This document shows positions 13,298-26,465 of a stretch of 64,000 nt of DNA, in pieces. Source of the stretch: Camelus ferus. Lineage: Eukaryota. The notes below the pieces were generated by a model. That model was not told the DNA's origin, made no database searches, and saw only the letters and a program-made list of their open reading frames with translations. Made by a program: the position numbers and the translations under genes. Position 1 is the stretch's first letter; the number at the start of each line of letters is the position of its first letter. The stretch is taken from NCBI RefSeq assembly GCF_009834535.1, contig NC_045696.1, forward strand, positions 50,656,001 to 50,720,000, in the 5' to 3' direction.

Positions 13298-15148
13298 ATA
13301 GCAGATATACCTAAAGCAACACTGACTATGTATTTGTTGAATTACTTACGCCCCAGTTTCCTAAGACGCCACCAGCTAGAACCTTAGCTTATCCTACTTC
13401 CATCACTCCCCTCTCCCCCAACCCCAAAGAAAGTAGAAACCACCCACCACAGCTAGGCTTCATTCCTCATTCTTCACACCAACCTTCCCTCTCCTCAACT
13501 CCCCCATACCTCCCAACCCCTTCGAATGCCGTCTCTCGACACACACAGACCACGTCACTCCATCCCCAGATGCGCACTTGCTCTCTCCCTGGCTGCTGCT
13601 CCTCCCTACTTTCCCAGACCCAGAGAGGAGAAAGCCTGTTTTCAGTTAAGGCTTTGGTCACACACGGATGCCTTTTCCATTACTCTTGTTTTTCCTCTTG
13701 AAGTGTAACATTTCCAATTAATTCTCCACAGGGGAGGAGGCACTGCGTTAACCACCCACACGTGGGCGTGAAGGCAGGCAGGGTCCTTGGAGGCCTGCCC
13801 TGGACTGATGACCGCTGACCCCTGAGCAGCCTGCAACAGGAGTTTTCTTCCCTCCGGGGAAGGGAAAGGCAGCCTGTGGACACAGGTTGGGGGCATGTTG
13901 CAGGCTTGCCCACTTCTGTGGCTCAGGTCTATAAATGGGACACTCCTCTAAGCAACTTTACTGACCCTCTGACAGCCTGAAAACACTAAATTAATCTTGT
14001 CAGAGAGGACATGGAGTTTCTCTTGCTCTGTTTTTGAACCTAGGGGAGAGTTAGAAAATAAGGACCATAACAGACCCACAAAAATCAAGAGGGTCTCTAC
14101 TTTTCTACCTGCCTCCATAGCATGTCAGTTCCCCCCAAAGTTATGGTAGGGTGTTAAGTGAAAATGTTAGGGGTCCCTTCTGTTCCCCTAAGGAAAGCTT
14201 GTATCCCTGCCCACGTGATATAAGAAATCTGGATGCTGAGCAGTCGACTCGACTCGACTCAATCACGAGTCCCCACGGATTAGCCTCACAAAGAGGAGAC
14301 TCAAATTTGAGCCTCAAGAAAATGAAAGACTGGTGTTTCATGGGTCCTCAAGGTTGGGCAGAACTGTCAAAACTGCATGTCCTTGTGACTGTCAGATTTG
14401 GCTGTGACGAGTCCTTGGTGTGGTTTTTGAACTCCAGTGGGGCAGGCATTGTGCTGGGAGCTTGGTGATCACCGATCACTGCGAAGTTCACTGGGGTAGT
14501 GATCACCATGGTTTTGTGTTGCACTGGGGCTGCTGGGGGCCAACTCCATCCCTTTGCCCGCTTGGAGCTCCACCTCAGCAGTCCTTGGTACCAGGTTTCG
14601 TGGGCTGGAGAGACATCTGATTGATGCTGGGTTTGGGAAAGGGATTGAAGCAGTAGCCCTTCAGGAGTGGGAAGAACAAAAGCCATGGGAACTGGGTTGT
14701 GGGAAACAGCAGGAGGAGGCGAGGAAAGAGAAATTTAGTTTGAAGGGAGGAACTGGAGATTCCCATCAGAGTGGAGGCCCAGGGATCTCTGACAAGCAAA
14801 GGACACATGCTGTTTATAATCTTAAGTAGGCTTGATTACACCTTGAAAGCTTTGCGGCCTCTCTCCCAGGCACCTGGGTCCAATTATCCAGGGCCTCGTC
14901 TACTTAGAAGAGAAGCTGCATCTATCTGACTATGATTCCCAGCCTCACTTCACTCTCTCCAGACTCTCCTCCTCTTTCTGATGTGACTTGAAAGGCATAC
15001 AGGTGGCAGAGGGCACCCTGCTGTTGACATACACCCTCCAGAATTACATCACTGTTTCATGTTTTACAGCTTGCCTTAAGTTTGATCATCAGCAACTTAC
15101 TCCTCTGCACAGGTCGTCCTGATCACAGTGCCTGTACACTGAGATGCT

Positions 15149-16490
15149 TATTTTTTCCCCAGCTTTATTAAGATGCAATTAGCATATAACAACGTGTAAC
15201 TTTCAGGTGTACAATGTGATGGTTTGATATACATATATATTGTGAAATGATTACCACAATAAGGTTAGTTAACATATTCGCCAACTCACACAGTTGAACT
15301 TTTTGTGTGTGGCAAGAACTTTTAAGATGTACTTTCTTAACAACTTTGAAGTATACAATATAGTATTGTTTAATTAACTATAGTCACCTGTGACTGTACA
15401 TTAGATCCCCAGAACTTTCCTAATAACTGGAAGTTTGTACCCTTTGACCACCTTCACATTGTTCCTTCTCCACAACCACCAAACTACTCTTTCTATGAGT
15501 ACAGGTTTTTTTTCTTAGATTCAACGTGAGTGAGATCATACAGTATGTCTCTCTCAGACTTATTTCATTTAACATAATGCCTCATCCATGTTGTCTCCAA
15601 TGGCAAGATTTCCTTCCTAGAAATGGCTAAATAATATCACATTTTCTTTATTCATTCTTCTATCAATGGACACTTGGGTTATTTCCACTTTCCATGTCTT
15701 GGCTATTCTGAATAGTGCTGCTGCGAACATGGAGGTGCAGAGATGTATCTTGGAGAAAGTAATTTTATTTCCTTTGGGTACATACCCAGAAGTGGAGTCC
15801 CTGGATCATATGGTAGTTTATTTTTAACTTTTTGAGGAACCTCCATAGTATTTTCCACAGTGGTTGAACCAAGCTACATTCCCACCAACAGTGCACAAGG
15901 GTTCCCTTTTCTCTACATCCTCCACAGCATCTGTTAACTCTTGTCTTTTTGATAATAGCCATTCTAACAGGTGTGACGTGATAGCTCATTCATTGTGGTT
16001 TTGATTTCCATTTTTCTGATGATTAGTGATGTTGAGTACTGTTAGTCATCTGTATATCATTTTTGGAAAAATGTCTGTTCAGGTCTTTTGCCCGTTTGTA
16101 AGTCCCTTTTATTTGGGTTTTTTGCTATGGTGTTGTATGAATTCCTTATATATTTTGATTATTAATCCCTCATCAGACATATTATTTGCAAATATTTTCT
16201 CCCATTCTGTCGGTTGCCTTTTCATTTTGTTGATAGTTTTCTTTCCTGTGCAGAAGTGTTTCAGTTTGATGTGGTCTCACTTGTTTGTTTTTGCTTTTGT
16301 TGCTTGTGCTTTTGGTGTCATTCCAAAAAAAATCATTGCCAAGACCAATGTCAAGGGGCTTCTCCCTATGTTTTCTTCTAGGAGTTTTATGGTTTCAGGT
16401 CTTACATTTCAGTCTTTAATCCATTTCTAGGTAATTTTTGTGAGTCATGTAAAATAAGGTTTCAGTTTGATGCTTTTACATATGGATTAT
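15149..16490 (-). mobile_element. L1 (L1MA-like) 3' portion with decayed ORF2 C-terminus
   Basis: Minus ORF 15765-15989 (YHVTPVRMAIIKK..CCGGCREKGTLVHCWWECSLVQPLWK) is the L1 ORF2p cysteine-rich C-terminal region. L1 3'UTR text and a T-run lie at the left end. Frame is broken. Confidence 0.92.
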
Positions 16491-16639
16491 TTGAAGGATG
16501 TATCAGGTGATTTAAAACTTTTGGGAAATGGAAAACTAGGTTGGACAATATTCAGTGCCTATTCAATGTGCTCAGACCACAGGAATGGGTGCTTTGGAGA
16601 GAAAATAGAGAAAATGTGGTCTTAGATGTCTAGGAGCAA

Positions 16640-16925
16640 CCCTTCCAAAAGGGAAGGCAGAATTCACCCCTGTGGAAAGGATAATTAGATACTTAAACAT
16701 GGAGACTAATGGGGGAGGGAAGCTGGATCTCCTTTTAATACAGTAGTTAGGGAAAGCTTCTCCAAAAAGATACATTTATGCAAAGACTTAAAGAGTAAAA
16801 AACAGCCAGCCTTAGAATGAACAGGTGGAAAACTTTTCCAGGGAGAGGAACCAGAATATGCAAAGTCCCTGAGGCTGGAAAGAGTTTGTTCAAGAAAATG
16901 AAAGGAGACCACTGTGACTAAAGCT
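16640..16925 (-). mobile_element. L2 fragment
   Basis: gggaaagcttctccaaaaagatacattt..tgcaaagtccctgaggctggaaagagtttgttcaagaaa is a typical L2 segment. Confidence 0.65.
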
Positions 16926-17639
16926 AATTTTAAAAAACATAATGAGATAATATTATACATAAAATTTTGTATACTGCATTTTCATTTAATATAAGATTGT
17001 ATTTCCTGTGTTATTTTTTTCAGAAACATGAGTTTTAATAACCTACAATATTCCATTCTGTAAGTGTAATATAATACCTTTCAAAAAATACCATTTCCCA
17101 CTTTTTGCTATTACAAGTAATGGCAGCACAGACAACTTTATACATAAATATATAAACATACATGTATACATAAATGTTTGTCCCGAATTTATATTTCATG
17201 AGGAAAAACTGCCAGTAGTGGAACAACTTTGGTGAATAAACATTTTCAAATCAAACTGCTCTCCAGAAAGTTGGTCTATGTTACTCTTTCAGCAGCAGAA
17301 TATAGAGTCCATTCCAGAGGCAGTAATAATTTGAGCAGGATTTTAAATGTGAACTATTGAATAGAAATCCTTAATGTGGGAAACAGTTAACTTTAAATTA
17401 TTGAGAAATGTTAGTGCAGAAGTTGCTTCAAAAATATATAGACCCAAATGCATGGAGGATCAGTATAAGAGGGAGGTATTATCTCAAATCATTACATGGC
17501 TTTGGGGAAAGTGTTTATTTGGGAAAAAAATTAAATTATCATCTCCTTACCTTATACCATACACATTCCTGATAGATTAAGGAGGTAAACATAAAAACAA
17601 AAAGGTAAGCCATAAAAGAACTCTAAGAAAATAGAGGTA

Positions 17640-17881
17640 GGGCAGGGGGTGGGAAGAGATAGACTGGGATTTTCAAAACTGTAGAATAGATAAACAAGAC
17701 TATACTGTATAGCACAGGAAAATATACACAAGATCTTATGGTAGCTCACAGAGAAAAAAATGTGACAATGAATATATATATGTTCATGTATAACTGAAAA
17801 ATTGTGCTCTACACTGGAATTTGACACAACATTGTAAAATGATTATAAATCAATAAAAAAATGTTTAAAAAAGGGAAAAAA
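17640..17881 (+). mobile_element. Young lineage-specific L1 3' end with perfect TSD
   Basis: L1 3'UTR (tatactgtatagcacaggaaaatat..), AATAAA and A-tail. Perfect 15-bp TSD AAGAAAATAGAGGTA at 17625-17639 and 17882-17896. Confidence 0.92.
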
Positions 17882-18589
17882 AAGAAAATAGAGGTATATA
17901 CTTACATCATAGGGGAGGAGAAACAAAAAAGAAAGGGAAAGATGGATGGATCTAACTATACATGGAGTCAAAGCTCTTTTGTTTCACAAGTTCTGTCAGC
18001 ATAAATTCATCCTCGGAGACTAGGTACACTAGGTTCTTAATAAATAGCTGACTTGCATTCAGTGCTTGCCAGGCACTTGCTGAGTACTTAATCTGCTTGT
18101 TATTATTTACTCCCTGCGGGGTGGATACGATCTTGTACTCTCAACCTCAGGCTCAGAGATGCTGGACTCAAGCAGTTTACAGTAAGCTGAGCTGAGCAGG
18201 GGTGATCTTGGTCAAGCTCCCCACACCTTGCCCAGGACCTTCCTGGCCCCGAGACTCTGCTCCTCTGCTCCTCACTCTCCCTTTGCACAGCTTCTTCAGT
18301 CATCACCCTGGCCTGCTCAGTGGTCACCTGCCCATCGGTGGCAGCAGAAAAGCACATTGTGAGCCCATTCACGTTGAGGCCGAAGACTGCTGTTCTTGTG
18401 GACGCTGGCCACCGCTCTCTCCTCTACTGTCTAAGCCAACCCAGAAGAAGTCACCATAGAGAAAGAAAATATTATTAGAGCTTGTATCCAGGGATCGACT
18501 CCACTGAGCTAAGACAGAAAGTTAATGTGTTTATCAAGAAAGATTACGCTTGTCGGCAAAGAGTGCTTTTCAGGCTGTGAGGATAAACA

Positions 18590-18720
18590 GAGGGAGTCGC
18601 CGGCTGCCTCTGGGCGGGTCCGGGGCAGGGCGTCTGCACAGGGCGGACAGTACGCGCTCCGTCCACCTCCGCGGAAAACAGGCTGCTGACTTTGTCCAGC
18701 TTCCAGTCCCGCCCCAGACA
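18590..18720. promoter_or_regulatory. Small CpG-rich patch with GC boxes (candidate distal regulatory element)
   Basis: Retained CpGs and three GGGCGG/CCGCCC boxes in ~130 bp of otherwise CpG-depleted DNA. Confidence 0.4.
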
Positions 18721-19189
18721 GGCCTCAGCTTTCAGCCACAGGCATCTTCCTCCGTGTATTTTTATTACAGGAAGATACTCAAGGATAATTAAGGGAGTGG
18801 AAAGAAATGACTTCTCAGAAAAGATTTTAAAGGCTAAATATGTATAATACAGTTAAACAATGACTAACACTGGCCCCTTCCATCCTTGGGAACTCCGTTG
18901 GGCCAAGGCATTGTTTAGGCTGGCCTACAGGCCAAGGATCAGGAGATGGCTCACCCTCACGGGGCCTTCATCCATCAGTCACCTCTTCCCCATTTGTTTA
19001 TGGAAAGAGCACAAACCCAGACGTGGGTTCAAATCCTGTGCTGTGTGGTCTTTAGCAAAATCCTTAACCTAAGACTTAATCCTAAGTCTCAGTGTCATGA
19101 TTTGTAAAACGGGGACCTAAAGTAACACAGTGGTGCCAGGAACGGTCCAATACTAGGGGCAGTAATAGATTTCTGAGGCTGACTCCTTT

Positions 19190-20055
19190 GATGAACAGTG
19201 GGCCAGGAGGATACCATTATAAGTGACATTGTGTGGCACAGATGGTCACACGGTAGTGATCCTATCTCTGAAGATTTCATAGGAGGTGAAAATGTCTCCA
19301 TGGAGGGCAATGCCATGGTAGGTACAATGAGCCAAGAATTTGAAAAACCATGAGGGAAACAGTGCCTACGAAGAGAGTGGAGTCTTATATAATGCTGAGA
19401 TGTATTGATCCCCTGCAGAGGGATGATGAGAAACAAGGCCATTTGTAAGCAGCTAAGGACTAAATGTGAGAGCCAGAAGGCTTCTTTGGTAGCTTACAAA
19501 GATGCATCTAAGAGCAAAAAATAAATCTCATAGTTAAAGTTGCAGAGCTCCAGAGACATTTGAGTGCTCAGCAAGGCAGGTCTGCAATGCTAAAATCAAG
19601 GGCCTCGTTGGAAAATACTAGTACCTTGAATCAGCAAGGAATCAATAGGACAGACGCCCCTGAAGATTTTATTCTACAAGTACCGCTTCTTTAAACTTTC
19701 AGAGTTTGCAGAGGTGGCTTCCTCCTCGTTAGTCCCTGTGCTGGAAGATGCTGCAGAGGTCCCTCCCCCAGAGGCCACACCCCCCCAAGAACTGCCCCCA
19801 ATTCCTCTCCTGAATTTAGGCTAATAACTAGGGTTAAACTAGCATAAGTGGATTGGGGAGTTGCTGGGATTAATAAAGGATGAACGAGACAAATAGATGG
19901 TCAGCCAACAAGGATGCTGTTTAACATCTGCAATCAAATAAAGTCAAGGATGGAGGAGCAGGAGGCTGAGGGCAGTCATCCTAATAAAAAATCATGATCT
20001 CTTGCTCAGTTCCCAGACCTGAGCCTATTTTCAGATCTAGAACACACTGAGTCAT
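19190..20055 (+). mobile_element. ERV-L-class internal fragment: decayed, internally deleted gag
   Basis: Manual translation from 19527 gives LIVKVAELQRHLSAQ/(shift)QVCNAKIKGLVGK; from 19893 gives IDGQPTRMLFNICNQIKSR...SLAQFPDLSLFSDLE. These resemble ERV-L Gag motifs (RVAELQR..VKVRALIGKEW; QFPDLSQF.DPEP). Stops and frameshifts are present. Confidence 0.8.
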
Positions 20056-20099
20056 GAGATGTGTAACCCACTACTACTATTCTCAGTCCCTCTGTTTAT

Positions 20100-21950
20100 T
20101 TCCATTATGAATTTAAATTACACTTCGATGCATAGCTCTGTCACCTGCAGACTATATTTGACTCCTGACTTTGAAAATAAGGGTATTAACACCCTTACCT
20201 TTTTCCATCTTCGAGCTTCTATCCTTTGTACTTTTAGGTTGCCAGGGTTGGTAATATTTACATTCTGTTCTTCAACGGCAATGAATTCTTCCATTCTTCA
20301 TCTGTAGATTAACCCTAAAAGTTCGAAGTCAAGAAACCATGTTAACATTATTATGGCTATGTAATAATTATTCATTATAATACCAAGTGGCTCACAGTGA
20401 TTATTTCTTTACTTTTTTTAGTGTTTGATTTTTCCTGGAGTTTCTAATAGCCTTTGTGGGATATTTCCCTGCTCCCTTTTTTATTTGCATTTAACAAAAC
20501 TCCTTGTTTTGATACCACCCACTTGTTTTTCTGGAATAGTTTTCTTCTAGCCCCTTCAGCCTTCCTGCTCTGCTTCTTTAATCTGCTGCACGGCTGTTGT
20601 TCTGGGACTGTGCGGATGGCATTTGGATCCATTGTTTTCTGGTTACCATATATTTCTCTCTCTCCCTTCCTCCCTCCCTCACTCCCTTTTATCCTCCATT
20701 CTTCTCTCCCACTTCTCTCTCTCTCGTTCTGTATATCCTCAAATGAGATGGTTTGACAAGGTATAGAGTCAGGAAAATAATTTTTCTCACAATCTGAAGA
20801 CATTGCTCAATTGTTCAATTATTTCTGTTGAGATATCTGATGCTGACTCTGGTCTCATTTGCAGTTTTTTTAAGTGTTCAGTTTTCGTTTCTTGGAAGCC
20901 TTTGGATCTTCTGTGCCACCTTGATATTCTAAATTTTCACAACTAGGTGTCTGGATGAGCATCTTTTCCTTCTCCAAGCTTGGTACTCAGTGGGACCTTT
21001 AAATATGAGAACTCATGTCCTTCAGTTCTGTGAAATTCTCTTGTTTCTTTTATTTCTCTGTTTCTTACCTTGATATTTCTATTCAGATATAAGAACAATT
21101 GGGGTGGTATTTTCTGTCTCTTATCTTTTATCTTTATATACGTTTGTGTTTTAAATTTTACTTTCTGGGAAAATGCCTTTACATTTTATTTCCCAAATCA
21201 GAAGGGAAAGTCACTAATGTTTTATTTTTTAGGCAGACAGGGTTTTAAGAGTTTTTAAGTAGCATCCTGTTCTTGTTTGCTTAAGCAATTACAAATCATT
21301 GTATTCTCAGAGATATTTGTGAAATCATTCATAAAACAAGACGTAGGTTCTCTCTACAGTTCTGTCTTGATTCTCTGAATTTTCTCCTACTTCTAGTCTT
21401 TTCATATTGGTTTCTTTTCATGTTTCTCCTTTATAAGATCTTTGGTTTCTCATTCATATTCAAATATAAGGCAACAGGCAGATAGAATTTAAGCTTTGTG
21501 TACACAGGTGAAGCAGATCAAAAGGAAGTATTTCCTCTGGGGGTGAGGGGACAGTAGACAGTCCATTTGCCTTGAGAGACCTAAAGGCCATAGGTGCCAA
21601 CTTCCACTGTAGTTCCCTTAGCTTTCCACAAAAGTTTGTTCTGTTTCTTTAGAGTGGACCCCTTTCCTTCTCCCATTTGTAGGTACATACCTGGCTACCT
21701 GGCACTTTTGCACACAGTTGGGGGGTAGTTATTGAAAGCTGACTGTTACACATACAGAGTCTTGCCTTTTCTCCCTGTATTTAGGCCCCGGCTCTCTCTT
21801 GAGGTCTCGGGCTTCTCCAGGGCGCTGCAGGACTGACCGCTTCCTCCTGAGCTGCAGTGATCTCTGTAGGTACACCACCCACCGCCACCCTGTCTCCTCC
21901 ACACTCTCCATCACTCTCTACTCTTTCATTTACTTGTATTCTTCCACTAG
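20100..21950 (-). mobile_element. HAL1 / ancient L1 ORF1-region fragment
   Basis: T-rich antisense text such as ttctaaattttcacaactaggtgtctgg..ggtactcagtgggacctttaaatatgagaactcatgtccttcagttctgtgaaatt resembles HAL1/L1ME 5' regions. Boundaries approximate. Confidence 0.6.
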
Positions 21951-22329
21951 TATGTTGAAGCCTTTCATGCCCTTTTCCATCTTGGTTAAAGAGGGTTGGT
22001 AACTTTTTATTATTTTTTTAGTATTATTTAATATATTTTGGGGAAGGAACCCATAAATGTGTGTGCTCGATCAACCACCTTGACCCAGAGGTTTCTATCT
22101 TAATGTTATTATTCTCTAAAGCCCCAATTATGGCTTTACTACCACCTAGAACACACATCAGTTAGAAATTAGTATCTCTCATATTCAACTGTTCTCTTAA
22201 TTCCCACCCACACTATTCAATTCTGACTCTCACTGCATCTCATCTACATTATTACAATTAACTGACTAGTCCTTTAGCTTCTCTACCTTTGCCCACAAAC
22301 CATAACTCTAATCATATCAATTTCCTCCA

Positions 22330-22765
22330 AATCGCTAATGCTCCCTAATGACTGTAAAAGAAAACCTAAATTTGTCTACCATTGAAAATTCTCAATAGTC
22401 TGTCCTCTAAGCAACTTTATGTCATTTATCAGATTGCGTCTTCCTTCTGGAATATCCCTACTGCCCATCTCTCCAGCTCAAAGTCTTATTTTTCACCCTC
22501 TTTATTCACACCACAGCTAACATGCTACCTCCTTCTGGAAGACTTCATTGATTTGTCTCCTCCCTCCGCATGACTCTCCCTCAGGCTTCCAGTTCTGGGA
22601 TCTCCCAGACCACTGGCTGACCCTCTCTCGGAGGATCCATCACCGAGGGCCTAGATGAGCTTCTGAGGGAAGAGACCTGCTTTGTTCACCCATGTCTCCA
22701 TGACCAAGCAGAATGGCTGGCAGATGATAAGAATTCAGGGATTATTTGTTCAAACAAAATGACTG
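22330..22765 (+). mobile_element. L2 3' fragment
   Basis: cttctggaatatccct..; gagcttctgagggaagagacctgctttgttcacc..; tatttgttcaaacaaaatga match L2 3'-end motifs. Confidence 0.65.
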
Positions 22766-24238
22766 TATTTGCTTTTCTCTCTTTTTAAGAAGTAGTCCCC
22801 TTCAAAGGTTGCCATGCAGACCTCTACCCACTGCATTTAGAGTTTGGTACTTGATAGCATTCAAATATTATTTGGTGAATGATTGGATGTTAGTACTACC
22901 TTATTTTTCTCTAGGAAGGCTTTAAAGCCCTGCAACTTATCACCTTAGTATCAACCAGGTAAATCTAATTTATGCTAAAGTGCTAATTGGAAAAGGGCTA
23001 AAATTCAGGCTCTCTAGAAGTGAGAGCATTTGAACTGAGGTTGTGAAATCCAGCCTGTATTATTATCTCAAAAGACCCCAACAGTCAGCCATTAGCCTGG
23101 CTGGGGCCCCTGCCTACCTGGATATTGGAGCTGGAGAGATGAAAAATCAAGGGGTGAGAGGGAGAGCCAGAGACAGACAGTACCAGTGGGACAGTGTGTA
23201 AATAACCAGGCTGCAGCCCTATGAAACGAGGAAGGTGATCACTGTCCAGACAGGCTGGTGTGACTACTGTGGAAGTATTCAGGATGGCGGTGGGTCTAGG
23301 GGAAAAAAATAAATCCAAGGGGACAAAAGTGTAAACATGAGTAAATACGGAGAATTATTTTGATCTTTATATTTCCTCTACACGGAGTCTATCAATCATT
23401 ATTTGTTTGGTTAATTAGGTCAATCTGGGTAAAAGATTGTGCTATAAGTAGACCAGATTCACTAGGTAATAAATCAAGTGCTGTTTCTTGTCCTACACAC
23501 CCACAAACTCTCTGAGCTGGGCAGATCCTTTTTAATTGGATGTACCTAGAAGGGAACTAGAAGACAGATGCATTAGTATGTTTGTACATTCACGCACACA
23601 TGTATGTGCACATACACACACACCTTGGATGTTGGACTAGACATGCTTTAAGGGGATCTTTTTTCCTGTCAGTCGTCTTTTTCTTTGCAAGCCAGAAAGA
23701 GGTACCCAGTCTTCTCTCCTAAGATGCCTTGTGGCATTCCTTCAACAACCCAGGGCTTAAATCAAAGTTCGTGGCCACTCACAGTTTTAAGTCAGGGGGC
23801 TTTTCAGGTAAAGAGCCAAAGAGTCTGGGCTCTGGGGAAAAGTCTGTTGTGCAGGGTGCCTGTGAGGGAAGGAGACTTTCTAGTCTCTCTGCTTTTCTCC
23901 CTTGGCTCTTCTAGGGGTGATCTGGCTGTAGGGCCTGAGGGCCTGGAGCCAGGAAAGGCGTTAGCAAATGTTTTCCCTCAGTGTTTCTGAGGGGTTCCTG
24001 ACAGAGCCCATCAGAGCGGCCTTTTATCACCGCTGCACGCTTTAGTGTGTCTGTCATGGGTCTCAGACAGCGTGTTCCCTGCTGGACTAATCCTGCCTGC
24101 ATTCATGCTCAGGATGTGGGCCACAGGGAGGGAGAGGGGGGAGTGGTGGGGAGAGAAAGGAAATAAGGTAAGAGAAGAAAAAGAAACTTTGAAAGCACCA
24201 AGGAAAAAACCTAGGAAGAAAAAAAAATTTAATTTGCA

Positions 24239-24377
24239 GGGGCAGGTATAGCTCAGTAGTAGAGTGCATGCTTAGCAAGCTCAAGGTCCTGGGTTCAATC
24301 TCCAGCACCTCCATTAAAAATGAGTTAAAAAGTAAACCTAATTACTCCCCCTCCCCCAAAAAAAGTCATTAAAGAAA
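24239..24377 (+). mobile_element. Vic-1-type SINE with TSD
   Basis: GGGGCAGGTATAGCTCAGTAGTAGAG..GGTTCAATCTCCAGCACCTCC head. TSD TTAATTTGCA at 24229-24238 and 24378-24387. Confidence 0.9.
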
Positions 24378-25289
24378 TTAATTTGCAAAATTAAGGGGAC
24401 AATACAGTTGGGACAAATTAAAGCTAAAAATCTGAAAAGAGAACAAGGGACCGCCCCCTAAAATGGGTAAGCTCGAAGTCTCAGAATGTGAGGGACATTC
24501 AACAGAAGAGCAGAGACTCAGGCTCCAGGCTAGTTCTGTCAGAGGTGGTTTATTTTTGTAGAAGATTATAAAGCAGATGGAGCGTTCACTGATTCATCTC
24601 TCACTCGGAGCTCATTAAGGAAGGGCTGAGGACGTGCGGGGCACCCCTTCGAGCACAGCTCAGAGAAGTACTCAGTCCTGCCACAGCTTACTTACTCCAA
24701 GACCTAGAGGAGGAGATTCAGGGCACCGGAGCCTCAGTTTTACCCGCTGTAAAACCTGTGCCCAAATCACACCTACTAGGAAAGCACTCTGGCATTCCCC
24801 CAGTGAGAGAGGTTTTTGAAAGGAAAGGCCTGCTGGGATAACGGCGCCTGCATATCTTACTGCCCAGAGAGCCTCCCCATGCGGACTGGCCGGCCCCTCA
24901 GGCTCTCCCGGGAATGCGGTTCTGAGTCTAGTCCCTCAGCTGAGAGACTAGAAGGATGGAGGTATGAGAGCACAGTCACTGAGTGAGCATCTTGAGGACA
25001 GAGACTAAATCAATTCATTTCTATTTCCTCTTTGCATGTGAAACCCGATAGTTAAATGCTCAGTTATTTTTGGTCATTGTTTGAGAGGGATCAGGAAAGG
25101 CCCCGGAGAAGCCATAAATATGAGCTGGGCCTTGAAGCCTTCACCTACAGGCATCATTTGCCACGCAGAAGGTACTCAATAAAGGAAGCTTACCTCAGGA
25201 AGTTTGTGGAGAGAAGACGAGTAAGACAGAGGGACTGAGAAATAATATGTACACTGAGTCAAAGGAACAGAGTTTGCTGAGCATGGCTA

Positions 25290-25445
25290 GATCAGGGGCT
25301 CCCATCCTCATCTGTCTCTAAGAGTCGCTGGAGGAGCTAGTTTTGACTGGCAAAGTCCTGAGGTCTCTACACTCAGAAATTCAGATTCAGTAGCCCTGAG
25401 GGCCAGCGGGGATATCTGCATTTTACACAAACACTGCCAGTTTAT
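25290..25445. mobile_element. MER5-like MITE nested in L2-like sequence
   Basis: actcagaaattcagattcagtagccctg..atctgcattttacacaa; the flanks (25200-25290, 25550-25640) are L2-like. Confidence 0.55.
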
Positions 25446-26284
25446 TTGCTTACAGGTAGCCTGCCAAGCAGGCTTTGAGAAGCGCAGGCTGGGGATGTGG
25501 GTGGTGGGGGCAGTGGGAGTGGCTGAGTGTGTGGAAAGATGAGACCAGGGTTGGTTGAGAAGAGTTTGGACTCTGTCCAGGAGGGGAGCCCTCCAGGGTT
25601 TCTAAGCAGGGGAGTGACAGGGCCAGATCTGTGATGGAAATCAACTGTTCTTACTAAAGCTCAGGGCATTTTCTCTTTGCTTCTGCTCCATTAGATATCA
25701 TTGCTTCAAGGGCCCTGAACAAATAACGTTCCATTAAAGCTGCCAGGTTTTGTAGGACCCAGAGTTCTAGTTACCAGTGAAATGCGAAGTTCACAGGCCG
25801 CGTTCAGGCTTGCAAGGAGAGGATTAATTAGGTAAAAAGGCAGTTGCACACATAAGTGGGTGTCCACACCCGAGCCTGGCCTGCCGTTTTGGTGCACTCA
25901 TTCAGGCATACAATACTCTTTTCAGTTCTAAGCGCCACCTCTTGAAACAAGTTAAAAAGCGAGTTCCAAGTGAGATGCCCAAGTGCTGTGTTGTACACAG
26001 ACTAATGATCAACAGCCTTCTGTTTGTATGGTCCTGGCAACCAGGCTGCGCTCACACTGCTAAGGATGCCATAGAAAAGAATTGCCGTGTCACACATCTG
26101 ACTACACAGCTAAGTCCTGAAAAATATGTTTTCAGTTAAAAAATAAAAATGATTGCTTTACAGAAATTATTTGTTTCTAAAAATTTATGTCTATGGATTT
26201 TTTTAACATTAAAAAATGCCATATGTTTCATTGTGTTGGGACAGTGAAATTAAAATTAACATTTGTAAAGGGTTTTCCCCTTTG

Positions 26285-26465
26285 AAAAGTACTTTCACAT
26301 ATAACATCTCTACTGATTCTTGAAATAATCTTGTGAGATGGGTATTATTATTACCCCCATTTTACAGATGAGAAAATAAACTCTAAAGCTTCGTGATTTG
26401 TTTAAATCAATAAAGCTGGAAATTGTGGCATCGGGAGCCAGGCTCAGGTCTTCTTATGCCAAGAG
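26285..26465 (-). mobile_element. MIR SINE
   Basis: ttgtgagatgggtattattattacccccattttacagatgagaaaa. Confidence 0.75.

Noticed and set aside
14243..14260. (TCGAC)3 short tandem repeat
   Set aside because: Too short to interpret; likely simple slippage.
16026..16430. Hydrophobic 134-aa ORF suggesting a membrane protein
   Set aside because: It is the antisense reading of A-rich L1 ORF2 sequence.
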